Program-made: the position numbers and the translations under genes
The notes under the pieces: generated by a model
Database searches by the model: none
The model's input: the letters and a program-made list of their open reading frames with translations, nothing else
Told to the model about the DNA's origin: nothing
Part shown: piece after piece, positions 7,654 through 17,821 of the stretch
Layout of the letters: each line of letters starts with the position of its first letter
Position numbering within the stretch: position 1 is the first letter of the stretch
NCBI GenBank assembly: GCA_965208905.1
Contig: OZ242365.1
Span: forward strand, 672,001 to 736,000
Source of the DNA: Nitrosopumilaceae archaeon
Lineage (GTDB): Archaea; Thermoproteota; Nitrososphaeria; Nitrososphaerales; Nitrosopumilaceae
Length of the DNA: 64,000 bases
Direction of reading: 5' to 3'

Positions 7654-9203
7654 CTCTCCAATATGCTCAACACCTTGCGAGGTATATCTTGCAGGCGGCT
7701 AGTAGCCAAAGTACGCTCGTATCCTAAATGGCGCAGGTTGGATGCAATCACAGTGGCACGTGCAGTATTGGGCCCTAACCCTAATGCCACCATTCGTATA
7801 CCCTGAGCTCGTATCGTCTTTATTATATCTCGGACGGCCCCCGAATCTGACGGCTCCCCATCTGTCAGTGTTAGAAATATGTCTGGTAGCTGGGCCTGCA
7901 GATCTGGCAACATCTTTTGGTATACCTGGGCCAATGGTGTGGAACCGTTTGCCACCACCTGCGCAAGACGTTTTGCATGAGTGCGCCTCCATCTAGATTG
8001 GTCATTTTTGATTAGCCAACATACCACTTCTCTCCCCTGAGTACTAAACGCGTATACTGCAAAGCGCACATCCAGATAAGAGAGCACCTCACACAACCCC
8101 AGTGTGGCTTTTTTGTATTCTAGTGCGTCGCCAGATATGCTAGAGGAGTGGTCCAACAGTATCACTACTCTACTTTTAATGGTCCGACGCACATCTGTAA
8201 CAAACGGCTTGTTGCCGTCTATGTAACTCTCTATATCAAATTCATCACCTGCGCTATGAAGCGTTTCGGCATATCCACTCTTCCATAATCGAAATCTTGT
8301 CTTTAGCTTGTTTATCAGGTCTATATCGTATATGGGTGATTCATCTATATCACTTGTAGATGGTACTCTTATACTGCCAGCTAAAGATGACACATCACTT
8401 CTTCTGTTTTTATCTGCTTCCTCTATAACTGTGCGATACTCATCTGATGCTAACTCCCCACGTAATACGGCATCTTTGTCTATCTTTCCAAAGTCACCTT
8501 CTTTGTTGTTTATGACTGCCTTCAAGAATCGTGTTATGTCATCTTGATTTACTGGCGTGTCATGACGTACATAGGGCAGTGATATAGGGACTGTTTGTAG
8601 AGCATCTATATCTAAAATACGAATTATTTCACCGGCCTTCTTCTCCATCCAAATAGTTTGATGGTCTTCGTCCAGTGCTTTTTCAACTGCCCTCTTTGCT
8701 ACCCTTGTTGCTTTTAACGCCTTTTGGAAGTGATTGGCCTGAACCTCGCCCCGAAATGCCCCAAACATGAAATGCTGATAGAATACCTCTAGTATGCGAG
8801 TCCTTCCGTATGTGGTCCCCAATGGAGGCCTGCTTAGAAATCTATACGTGTACGAAAATATAATCTCCGAATCCATACCCTGCCACATCCTTCTGCCTAA
8901 AGCCTCTGTTCTACTCTCTTCTAGCATATCCATTATGAATCCAAATGCATGGTCTTTGCTAAAGATCTTTTGACAGAAACGTACCTTCATGGCCTCATGC
9001 CACAAATCCATTCGAAACTGTCTATATCTAGCAAAGTCATCGCCTACTCGTTTTTTCATGGGGTATAGTATTATGCGGTTCTCTGCAATGCGGGTCCGCG
9101 TGCCAACCTTTTCAGATATGTCCACTGTAATGTCTCGGTTTCCAGACCAGCTTCGGGCTAAGAATGTGGCTAACTCTATAAGGGATTGTTCGGTGTAGGC
9201 CAT
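7650..9203 (-). CDS. vWA domain protein (partner of the MoxR-type ATPase)
   Basis: MIDAS DHSSS, NGSTP, LTLTDGEP; directly follows the AAA gene. Confidence 0.88.
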   Translation of the reverse strand: MAYTEQSLIELATFLARSWSGNRDITVDISEKVGTRTRIAENRIILYPMKKRVGDDFARYRQFRMDLWHEAMKVRFCQKIFSKDHAFGFIMDMLEESRTEALGRRMWQGMDSEIIFSYTYRFLSRPPLGTTYGRTRILEVFYQHFMFGAFRGEVQANHFQKALKATRVAKRAVEKALDEDHQTIWMEKKAGEIIRILDIDALQTVPISLPYVRHDTPVNQDDITRFLKAVINNKEGDFGKIDKDAVLRGELASDEYRTVIEEADKNRRSDVSSLAGSIRVPSTSDIDESPIYDIDLINKLKTRFRLWKSGYAETLHSAGDEFDIESYIDGNKPFVTDVRRTIKSRVVILLDHSSSISGDALEYKKATLGLCEVLSYLDVRFAVYAFSTQGREVVCWLIKNDQSRWRRTHAKRLAQVVANGSTPLAQVYQKMLPDLQAQLPDIFLTLTDGEPSDSGAVRDIIKTIRAQGIRMVALGLGPNTARATVIASNLRHLGYERTLATSRLQDIPRKVLSILER

Positions 9204-9989
9204 CTATCCAAACATCGATACTATGATATCGTTGACCTTTTGATACTCCATCTCGCCCCACTGCGCATATACATTACCAAATACCATCCGCGCAGCTTCT
9301 ATGGGAGGCGTATCCAAGTCCAATAAGCGACCAAACGCTATAGTCTCCCGAATACTTGGTGAGTAAAAGAGCTCTTCTACGGCGGCAGCTTCACGTAATG
9401 TATTGGCTAACCTTACTCCCTGAAGTATCTCAGATGTATTATCTTTTTTTGTGTACTCTTTTATTATATCACACTCTATCTCTTCAGGTGGATACTCTAA
9501 TCGTATTCTAACCGGAAATCTACTTAGTAATTGTGGGGGGAGCTCTTTTGTGCCAGAGTGGGAGAGTGGATTTATGGAACCTATTGCAAACCATCCCCTC
9601 TGCGCCTTTATGGTCTCACCTGATGACTCTTTTAGTACCAACTGTTGCCGGTCATCTAGTGATTCATCCAGTCTGATAAGTACATCTGCTTCGGCGGCGT
9701 TTATCTCATCTAAATATAACATACTGCCACTTTTCATAGAACGTACCAGCAGCCCATCGTTGAATGTAACTGTGCCATCATCTAGAGTATTTGTGCCTAT
9801 AAGATGACTCTCTCGAGTCCGTAGACTAAAATTTATAGAGTCAAGATGTACATTACGACTCTCAGCAAACCGACGAACAAGTGTTGTTTTACCCGTACCC
9901 TTTGGACCTATAACCAATACAAAGAGCCCTGCATTATACGCCTTGTTTAGTATGTCCAAAGAGTTATTCCAGTCTATATATTCAGCCAT
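9204..9989 (-). CDS. MoxR/CbbQ/NirQ/NorQ-family AAA+ ATPase
   Basis: Walker A GPKGTGKT, Walker B LYLDEIN, sensor SINP, LLSRF. Confidence 0.92.
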   Translation of the reverse strand: MAEYIDWNNSLDILNKAYNAGLFVLVIGPKGTGKTTLVRRFAESRNVHLDSINFSLRTRESHLIGTNTLDDGTVTFNDGLLVRSMKSGSMLYLDEINAAEADVLIRLDESLDDRQQLVLKESSGETIKAQRGWFAIGSINPLSHSGTKELPPQLLSRFPVRIRLEYPPEEIECDIIKEYTKKDNTSEILQGVRLANTLREAAAVEELFYSPSIRETIAFGRLLDLDTPPIEAARMVFGNVYAQWGEMEYQKVNDIIVSMFG

Positions 9990-10016
9990 ACATTGTATGC
10001 AAGATATCTACCATAT

Positions 10017-10895
10017 TTAGGAGTTAGAATTTTGCGTTGATGCCTTGTCGTACTTTCGTTGAATGATGGCAGATGCCACCTTGATGGCATCCAAACTTTG
10101 TTGCACATTATGAGTCCTAATGATGTCTGCCCCACTTGCCACTGACATGACCTCGGCGGCTATCGAACCGTACAATCGACCATCTGCACTGCGATCATCT
10201 AATATGCTACCTATGAATGACTTGTTTGATACTGAGACTAAAATTGGCATATCTTCTGTTATCTGTCGTAGGTGCTGTATTATGTCAATGTCTCGTTGAA
10301 CCCAGCTGTAGTCAATTTGGGTGCACCATGGACTGTCACTATCTCGGAAGAAGCCGATACATGGGTCTATGACCATACGTGTCTTGTCGGCTCCGTATCT
10401 CTGTACTTTTTGCATTGTGTGTTCGAGTATTTTTGCCGTATCTTGTGCAGTTCCAATGCTTTTTTGACTACTATGAGCACACAGTACTATATCGGGACTA
10501 TATCGTGATATTACATTTAGCATCTTTTTATCATAATTAAATCCCGTCACATCATTTAGTATGGTGGCTCCAGATTTAATGGCAGCCTGCGCAACACCAC
10601 TTCTGATGGTATCTACTGATATGGGCAAACTAGAAACCTCAGATATGGCTTTTATGGCATTCTGTATACGACTCTTTTCTGTCTCCTCTGATACAATACT
10701 GTCAATATATGGGGCTGTGGACATGCCACCCACATCTATGTATCTAGCACCACCCTCTTCCATTAATTTTACTTCTTTTTTTATATCATCAGCTCTACTT
10801 TTAATTGATTTTTTATAAAATGATTCAGGACTCACATTAATTATTCCCATAACTCTCACAGGATGTAAGTATCCCACATTAACGCCTCCTAACAT
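10017..10895 (-). CDS. folP: Dihydropteroate synthase
   Basis: MGIINVSPESF, IDVGGMSTAP, ISVDT, LNDV, IDPCIGF, SNKSF, IRTHNV. Confidence 0.93.
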   Translation of the reverse strand: MLGGVNVGYLHPVRVMGIINVSPESFYKKSIKSRADDIKKEVKLMEEGGARYIDVGGMSTAPYIDSIVSEETEKSRIQNAIKAISEVSSLPISVDTIRSGVAQAAIKSGATILNDVTGFNYDKKMLNVISRYSPDIVLCAHSSQKSIGTAQDTAKILEHTMQKVQRYGADKTRMVIDPCIGFFRDSDSPWCTQIDYSWVQRDIDIIQHLRQITEDMPILVSVSNKSFIGSILDDRSADGRLYGSIAAEVMSVASGADIIRTHNVQQSLDAIKVASAIIQRKYDKASTQNSNS

Positions 10896-12313
10896 ATAAT
10901 GTGATATTTTAATAGGACTATAATGAGTTTTGCAATTTAAAATTTCTATCTAATAATACATTTTGGTGTTGTTGGGCATTGTTGTAGTGTATAATAAAAT
11001 TGAAGAATTTTTATTGTGTACGAATTACAAAAATTATTGACAGATATTCTATGATACATAGTTATGTATGCAGCTGGCTATGTGCAATAGACTGATTTAT
11101 TGATGATGTGTAGTCCAGTGTTATTCTAATATGAAAAACAGTATTACATACTGGTATAATCTTGTCGTACCAAATGTTGCCCATACTCATCAGTGAACGC
11201 TGTCAAATATTAGATATTTTTTATTCTATTGCAGATAATTCCAAATATAGTAGCAGAACCAGAAAATAAAACAATCAGAGACAACTCAAGACCATGAGAG
11301 ATTATAAGCGAGTTACACCATAAAAAGCGGCTTTTGGAGTAGCAAATTGATATTCATAATCAACAAGTCTGTGAATTATACGTCTCAGAGGATAATTTTG
11401 GTACTACATATTTGGATTCCCGCCAAAGAGATGGAGACAATAAATTCGAAGATTGGATTATAATGATATAGTTAAACCAAATAACACTAATAATAATCTC
11501 GATGACTTGTTAAACCAGAGAACTTTGATATTTTAATTTTAGTTGAAACATTATTAAAAAATCATCAGAATACTAAAGGGTGAGCCCATAACTTTGGAGT
11601 TATGTAACATGATGGATTCGCCTGATTGTTACCTAATGAAAAAATATCCGAATATGTGATACGGAGTTTGTTCGAGTCTAAAAGGTTTTCCAAAATACAT
11701 GTATTCATACCGACACGAGGAATAAACAGAAAAAGCAAGAGAGTGAAAGAGCTCCCCCCACTAAAGATGAAAATGAAATATCTCAAGCTTTGGGTATAGC
11801 AGCACAACGGTGCTGTAAAAATAAAGAATAATCTTGTTTCACTTCCATATATGGTGCGTCATGCGCAACTTTGGGCAATCTGGTATCCTATCTGAATACT
11901 TTCATGGAACCTACAGCAAATTCAACAGATCAGTGACATGCATAATTTGGAGATAGTACAATGTCATAATGACAAGCCTATCTCAACACTGCCATGCATC
12001 AAAACTCATTAATTTTGGGCGGTTCAAGACATCAACTTTTTATGACAACACAATACAGTTACAACACTGAATCAGTCTGCGCACATTTACTAAATAATAG
12101 GTATATGTAAACACCATTATGAAATTATGGGCTTTTTCACATATCATGTGACACATTATACCATATGTTTAGAGTGATTTTGATTTAATCAAGAAATATC
12201 ATTACCACGGCATATTGTCTACAACTTCTATGACATCTCTGCAGTAATTTATTGTGTATGCAGTTGGTATTATTGCGATTAGATTAATTATATGTGAACG
12301 TTTGTAATGTAGT

Positions 12314-13045
12314 ATGATTTCAGGTTGGCCTGTATGGTATGAAAAAATATGTAGACAGTTTGACTATGATCCAAACAACGATCAGACTGCTGCTACCATA
12401 CTGAATGATATACTTGATGAACGCTTTGATACTACCATATTACATAATATAATTAACAACAAGACGGTTTTGTGTGTGGGTGCAGGTCCCTCTTTACCAT
12501 CTGTCATCCCAATCATTAAAAATACATCAATGCCCATAATAGTGGCAGACTCGGCGCTCCAAATGCTGATTCAATCCCAAATAACACCTAATATTGTAGT
12601 GACAGACTTGGATGGACAACCTGACTGTATGATGAGTTTGGCCGACTCAAATATTATATTTGTAGTACATGCGCACGGCGACAACATAGAAAAACTACAC
12701 ATGGCAAGATCGTTTCGTCGATGCTTGGGTACCACTCAGGGTGTACCATTTGGCAGACTGCATAATTTTGGAGGATTCACCGATGGGGATCGTACAGTAT
12801 TTTTGGCTGACCACTTTGGAGCTCACTCTATAATATTATGTGGCATGGATTTGGATGGCCCTGTATCTCCATGGTCTGTACCCGACAAGACTGAGACTGC
12901 AATTGCATCAAAACTCTCAAAACTACGTATGGCTTCCTCTCTATTGGAATGGCTGGCACAAAACTCCCACTCCAGACTGTATACGCTATTATGTGATGTA
13001 TCTGGTTTTGATAGAGTTGCACCGCCTGATACTAAGAATATATAG
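12314..13045 (+). CDS. mptE: 6-hydroxymethyl-7,8-dihydropterin pyrophosphokinase (MptE/DUF115)
   Basis: VGAGPSL, VTDLDG, HAHGDN, NFGGFTDGDR, GMD; divergent from folP. Confidence 0.88.
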   Translation: MISGWPVWYEKICRQFDYDPNNDQTAATILNDILDERFDTTILHNIINNKTVLCVGAGPSLPSVIPIIKNTSMPIIVADSALQMLIQSQITPNIVVTDLDGQPDCMMSLADSNIIFVVHAHGDNIEKLHMARSFRRCLGTTQGVPFGRLHNFGGFTDGDRTVFLADHFGAHSIILCGMDLDGPVSPWSVPDKTETAIASKLSKLRMASSLLEWLAQNSHSRLYTLLCDVSGFDRVAPPDTKNI

Positions 13046-13068
13046 AATCTGATATCATCAACTATACG

Positions 13069-13722
13069 ATGAGACTTAGCGCCGAGCAAGTACAGGGTAT
13101 TGCCGAACTGCGGGAAAAATTGCAGGAGAGATTAGAACAACTGCGCCAAGAGATTGACATGACAATATTGAATATAGATGCCCTTGATGCGGCCCTTACC
13201 CAGTCCAGCTTTACACGCGCCTCTGAGTATACTCCTCCACCCAAAGCCGAACCAGAACCACCCAAAGCCGAACCAGAACCACCCAAAGCCGAACCAGAAC
13301 CACCCAAAGCCGAACCAGAACCACCCAAAGCCGAACCAGAACCACCCAAAGCCGAACCAGAACCTACCGTATCATCGACTGATGATGTATCCACCATAAT
13401 GGTGAATGATTCTGCCATCGGCGGCATAAGCACATCTGCAGATAAAATAACCATAAAATTGTACGTGCCAGTATCAGCCAAGACCCCGCCATTTGAGACA
13501 TTCTTTATATCACGTATAATTGGCGGTATGATGACCAAGGATGCCGTTGAGGTTGAAGGTGGAAGACTCTCTAAAGATTTAGCTATACGATACGAGCTAA
13601 AGACTCAGGATGATACACTTGATCAAATAATAATATACAATTATAGGCTAGAAGCAAGGGCCCGTGAGATTAATAGTACTATACGATGGGCATTATCTAG
13701 GATGCTAGAACATGTCCAGTAA
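13069..13722 (+). CDS. Hypothetical protein with N-terminal coiled coil and PKAEPEP repeat linker
   Basis: 217-aa ORF whose end overlaps the guaA start. Confidence 0.8.
   Translation: MRLSAEQVQGIAELREKLQERLEQLRQEIDMTILNIDALDAALTQSSFTRASEYTPPPKAEPEPPKAEPEPPKAEPEPPKAEPEPPKAEPEPPKAEPEPTVSSTDDVSTIMVNDSAIGGISTSADKITIKLYVPVSAKTPPFETFFISRIIGGMMTKDAVEVEGGRLSKDLAIRYELKTQDDTLDQIIIYNYRLEARAREINSTIRWALSRMLEHVQ
13237..13362 (+). repeat. Perfect coding tandem repeat, 6 x 21 bp (CCACCCAAAGCCGAACCAGAA)
   Basis: Six identical head-to-tail units read directly. Confidence 0.97.
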
Positions 13723-15247
13723 AGAGTCAGATCGAATTGTAGTCTTGGACTTTGGCTCGCAGTATAGCCATCTGATATGTAGACGAATACGTGACTTCGC
13801 CGTTAGAGCTGAACTACTACCCTTCGATACAGATACAACTGAGGTGCTGTCTGCAGACACTAAAGGCGTCATACTCTCTGGCGGACCATCAAGTACCTAT
13901 GCAGAGAATGCTCCGATGCCACAACAGGGCATACTGGACTCTAACATACCCATATTGGGCATCTGTTATGGCCATCAGGTTATAGTGAGCAGATATGGCG
14001 GTGTGGTGAAGCGGGCATCCCGAGAGTATGGTCACTCTACTCTGATGATACATGACTCCGATGGACTATTTGGAGGCTTGGACTCTTCAATGACGGCCTG
14101 GATGAGTCATGGTGATGAGGCAGAGACTATTCCAGATGGCTTTCGTGTAATTGGACAAACCTCATCTGCGGCGGCTGCCGCAATATGTGATGACTCCAAT
14201 CGCATATTTGGACTTCAATTTCACCCTGAAGTAGCTCACACGCCCAAAGGGGTGGACATACTGTACAACTTTGCTGTCAAAATATGCGGCGCCAAACAAA
14301 ATTGGACAATGGAGGCATTTACCTCATCTACAATAAAGAGACTCTCACATACAACAGGGCGTGTACTCTGCGGCGTCAGTGGTGGTGTTGACTCTAGTGT
14401 AGTCGCCGTCTTACTGCACAAGGCTATTGGGGACAATCTCCGCTGTGTCTTTGTAGAGAACGGGCTATTGAGACATAATGAAGCATCTGAGGTTAAAGAG
14501 ATGTTCGCTGATCTTGGCATACCTGTAGATGTTATTGATGCCTCAGAGTCTTTTTTAAACTCACTGTCGGGTATCGATGATCCTGAAGACAAACGAAAGA
14601 TTATCGGTGAGGAGTTTGTACGAGCATTTACTGAGTACTCCAAGAAGAATGGACCATTTCAATGGCTGGCTCAGGGAACCTTATACCCTGATGTTATAGA
14701 GAGTGGAGTCTCTGGAGGCCCGGCAGCCGTGATAAAGTCCCACCATAACGTTGGCGGTCTTCCAAAATGGCTTGGTTTGGGTATAATAGAGCCTCTCCGC
14801 GACCTGTATAAAGATGAGGTTCGCGCTGTGGGAGGAATATTGGGTGTCCCATCTAAATTTTTACAACGACATCCCTTCCCAGGTCCGGGTCTGGCCGTGC
14901 GCATAATGGGCCGCATAACCCCAAACAAACTTCGCATATGCCGCCAAGCTAGCCGTATAGTCGAAGAGGAGATTATATCCGCCGGTCTGTACGAAGATAT
15001 ATGGCAAGCCTACGCTGCCGTTGGGGATGACTTGGCTGTAGGCGTGGTGGGAGACTCCCGTATGCACGGCCATGTAGTGATGATTCGTGTAGTAAAGTCG
15101 ATTGACGCCATGACGGCAGACTGGGCCAGACTGGATCACACACTTTTAGAGTCAATGAGTAATCGTATAACAAATGAGATAGATGAGGTCACATGGGTCA
15201 CCTATGCAATATCCAGCAAACCCCCCGCCACTATAGAGCCTCAGTAG
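13712..15247 (+). CDS. guaA: GMP synthase (glutamine-hydrolysing)
   Basis: LDFGSQY, GICYGHQ, QFHPE, SGGVDS, QGTLYPDVIES, HPFPGPGL, KPPATIE. Confidence 0.98.
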   Translation: MSSKESDRIVVLDFGSQYSHLICRRIRDFAVRAELLPFDTDTTEVLSADTKGVILSGGPSSTYAENAPMPQQGILDSNIPILGICYGHQVIVSRYGGVVKRASREYGHSTLMIHDSDGLFGGLDSSMTAWMSHGDEAETIPDGFRVIGQTSSAAAAAICDDSNRIFGLQFHPEVAHTPKGVDILYNFAVKICGAKQNWTMEAFTSSTIKRLSHTTGRVLCGVSGGVDSSVVAVLLHKAIGDNLRCVFVENGLLRHNEASEVKEMFADLGIPVDVIDASESFLNSLSGIDDPEDKRKIIGEEFVRAFTEYSKKNGPFQWLAQGTLYPDVIESGVSGGPAAVIKSHHNVGGLPKWLGLGIIEPLRDLYKDEVRAVGGILGVPSKFLQRHPFPGPGLAVRIMGRITPNKLRICRQASRIVEEEIISAGLYEDIWQAYAAVGDDLAVGVVGDSRMHGHVVMIRVVKSIDAMTADWARLDHTLLESMSNRITNEIDEVTWVTYAISSKPPATIEPQ

Positions 15248-16091
15248 CACCTAGTAGGGCTGCCCCTATCACACCTGATGAATCTCCTAAACTGTTCTGC
15301 AGTATGGGTGTGTTACATTCGGGTGTCAACTTTTTTACAGCATCCCTCCCTTCATTGTATAGAAAGTCAATGTTTGAGAGGCCTCCACCTAACACTATGC
15401 AGTCGGGATTCAGTATTTGCATGACATTTGAGAGTGCCAACCCAAAGTTGTCGACAAATGTATCCTTCCACTCTGTATAACCCGACGGTTGTTGCTCTAT
15501 GATGTCTGGTATACTCATGTATGTGTGATTTTCCTTGTACCATATCTGTTGCAGTGCTGGACCGCTGATGTATGCCTCAACACATCCTCTTTTGCCGCAC
15601 CAGCATGGTGTACCGTTTGGGTATAATGTACTATGACCCCACTCGCCAGCCATCCCCACACTGCCATAAATTACATCACCATTTACTGATATGCCGCCAC
15701 CAACTCCCGTCCCCATTATACTGCCAAATACTACACTGTATGAGGTACCTGCACCTAGTGTTGCTTCAGCCGCCACAAAGCAGTCTGCATCATTACCCAT
15801 ACTGATACTTGCGTTTAAGTTATCTTCTATGTCGCGTTTCAGATGCCTTCCTCGAATGTATTTTAGATTACTACCAATTATACGTCCGTCTGGACCCACA
15901 GTTCCCGGCGTTCCAATGCCGATTGTATGTGTACCTAAGTCTAGCTGATGTATCATATGTTGTATCGTCTCTAGTATCTGTGTGTATGAATCAGGTGTGC
16001 TTACACGCTGGCGTTTTAGTATGCTATGATTATGATCAAGGATCGCCCCCTCAATCTTGGTTCCTCCCAGATCAACTCCGATATGATACAA
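15231..16091 (-). CDS. ROK-family sugar kinase
   Basis: GVDLGGTK, NDADC, GTGVGGG, GEWGH..CWCGKRGCVE, LGGGLS. Confidence 0.92.
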   Translation of the reverse strand: MYHIGVDLGGTKIEGAILDHNHSILKRQRVSTPDSYTQILETIQHMIHQLDLGTHTIGIGTPGTVGPDGRIIGSNLKYIRGRHLKRDIEDNLNASISMGNDADCFVAAEATLGAGTSYSVVFGSIMGTGVGGGISVNGDVIYGSVGMAGEWGHSTLYPNGTPCWCGKRGCVEAYISGPALQQIWYKENHTYMSIPDIIEQQPSGYTEWKDTFVDNFGLALSNVMQILNPDCIVLGGGLSNIDFLYNEGRDAVKKLTPECNTPILQNSLGDSSGVIGAALLGATEAL

Positions 16092-16109
16092 AAAAATTCA
16101 AAAAAATGA

Positions 16110-17726
16110 TTATCCCATTGGATTATCGCCACCGGGCGCACCCGATACGGCGATAACATCGTCTATTCTTAACACCATGCATACAGTCTCAGTGGCAGAC
16201 TTTATAATCTGCTCCTTTACTATTACAGGCTCAACTATACTCTGTTCTAACATGTTGGTGATTGTACTGTTCTTTGCGTCAATTCCAGTCCACTTTAGTC
16301 CCTGACTGTGTTGAGCTCGTAGATTGGCTATGGTATCGATGGGGTTCATACCTGCATTTTCAGCTATCGTTATAGGTATGACCTCTAAAGCCTCGGCGTA
16401 CTTTTTGACGGCTAGCTGTTCGCGTCCATCAAAGATGTCTGCCCAATCTTTTAGTCGTGAGGATACGTATGCTTCGGGTGAACCACCTCCAGCTACAATT
16501 GCCGGTTTTTCAATTACGTCTTTGACTACCATTAGGGCGTCATGTATTGATCTGTCCGCTTCATCCACAACTCTCTGTGTTCCGCCTCTTAGGAGTAGTG
16601 TGACTGACTGTGGATTACTACATCCTTCGATGAATACCCAGTTGTCCGCCTCTACCTTCTCTTGTTTTACTTGCTGGGCTGTTCCTAGATCGTCTGGTGC
16701 AAGATCATCAACGTTGGATATGACACGACCACCTGTTGCCTTTGCCAGCTTTGTCATGTCGCTCTCTTTTACCCGACGTACTGCTAGTATTCCATTCTTT
16801 GCTAGATAGTGTTGCGCAATATCGTCTATGCCTTTTTGACAGAGTAGTACGTTGGCTCCTGCCTGTTGTAGTTTGTCGACCATCTCCTTTAACATGCGAT
16901 TCTCTTCTTCAAGATACATCTGCATCTGAGCAGGGTCGGTTATGCGTATCTCTGAGCTCATCTCGGTCTTTTCTATCTCCATTGCTGCATTGAGCAGTAC
17001 TATCTTTGCGTTGGCTATCTTGGTGGGCATACCACTGTGTACTACCTCTTTGTCCAAGACTATGCCGCTTACGAGTCGGGAGTTTTGAATTGAACCGCCT
17101 GCCTTCTTTTCGACCTTGACGTTGTCCAAATCTACAACCTGCTGATCACCATCTTTGACTGCCACCCTTAATACGGCCTCTACGATCATGGATGACAAGA
17201 GATCACTGTCATCTGATATCAGTTTTGACTGCATGCTGGTGGCTGCCACCTTTAGGAGACTTTCGGTATCGTTAGAGTCTATCTGTTTAGCAATACTTGA
17301 GTATATGCTGAGAGCCTTATCGGCAGCGGATTGATAACCCTCTATTATAACAGAGGAGTGTACACCCTTCTTTAGTAACTCTTCGGCCTTTGTAAGCAGG
17401 GCTCCTGCAAATATCACCGAACTGGTGGTACCATCTCCGACTTCATTATCTAGAGCCTTTGATATCTCGACCATCATTTTGGCGGCAGGATGCTGTATGT
17501 CTATCTCTTTTAGTATGGTGGCTCCATCATTGGTGATTGTAACATCTCCCAACGAGTCCACCAACATCTTGTCTAGACCTCTAGGACCTAGGCTGGTGCG
17601 TATCAACTCTGCTACTAGTTTTGCTGCAGCAATGTTGTTCTGCTGTGCGTCCTTTCCTTTCTGCTGCAGGGCGCTCTCTTTTAGTACGAGAACTGGCCCC
17701 TGCGGTGTTTGTTGTATTGATGCCAT
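16110..17726 (-). CDS. ths: Thermosome subunit (group II chaperonin)
   Basis: LGPRGLDKM, ITNDGATIL, GDGTT, VLRIDDVI. Confidence 0.97.
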   Translation of the reverse strand: MASIQQTPQGPVLVLKESALQQKGKDAQQNNIAAAKLVAELIRTSLGPRGLDKMLVDSLGDVTITNDGATILKEIDIQHPAAKMMVEISKALDNEVGDGTTSSVIFAGALLTKAEELLKKGVHSSVIIEGYQSAADKALSIYSSIAKQIDSNDTESLLKVAATSMQSKLISDDSDLLSSMIVEAVLRVAVKDGDQQVVDLDNVKVEKKAGGSIQNSRLVSGIVLDKEVVHSGMPTKIANAKIVLLNAAMEIEKTEMSSEIRITDPAQMQMYLEEENRMLKEMVDKLQQAGANVLLCQKGIDDIAQHYLAKNGILAVRRVKESDMTKLAKATGGRVISNVDDLAPDDLGTAQQVKQEKVEADNWVFIEGCSNPQSVTLLLRGGTQRVVDEADRSIHDALMVVKDVIEKPAIVAGGGSPEAYVSSRLKDWADIFDGREQLAVKKYAEALEVIPITIAENAGMNPIDTIANLRAQHSQGLKWTGIDAKNSTITNMLEQSIVEPVIVKEQIIKSATETVCMVLRIDDVIAVSGAPGGDNPMG

Positions 17727-17821
17727 TTGATGTTGTGATGCCTTTTCTCCCTCTTTTTAATATTCCGAGATGGATTTTTTTCATAGAATCTGCGTCAGTT
17801 TAGATCTTTTAGGTGATTTGA

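Noticed and set aside
7207-9989. AAA-vWA-ASCH operon as a novel defence system
   Set aside because: MoxR-vWA pairs are a known chaperone-type module, and this one sits among housekeeping genes with no mobility signature.
13237-13362. CRISPR array
   Set aside because: Units are contiguous with no spacers and lie in frame within a gene. No CRISPR array or cas gene was seen in the window.
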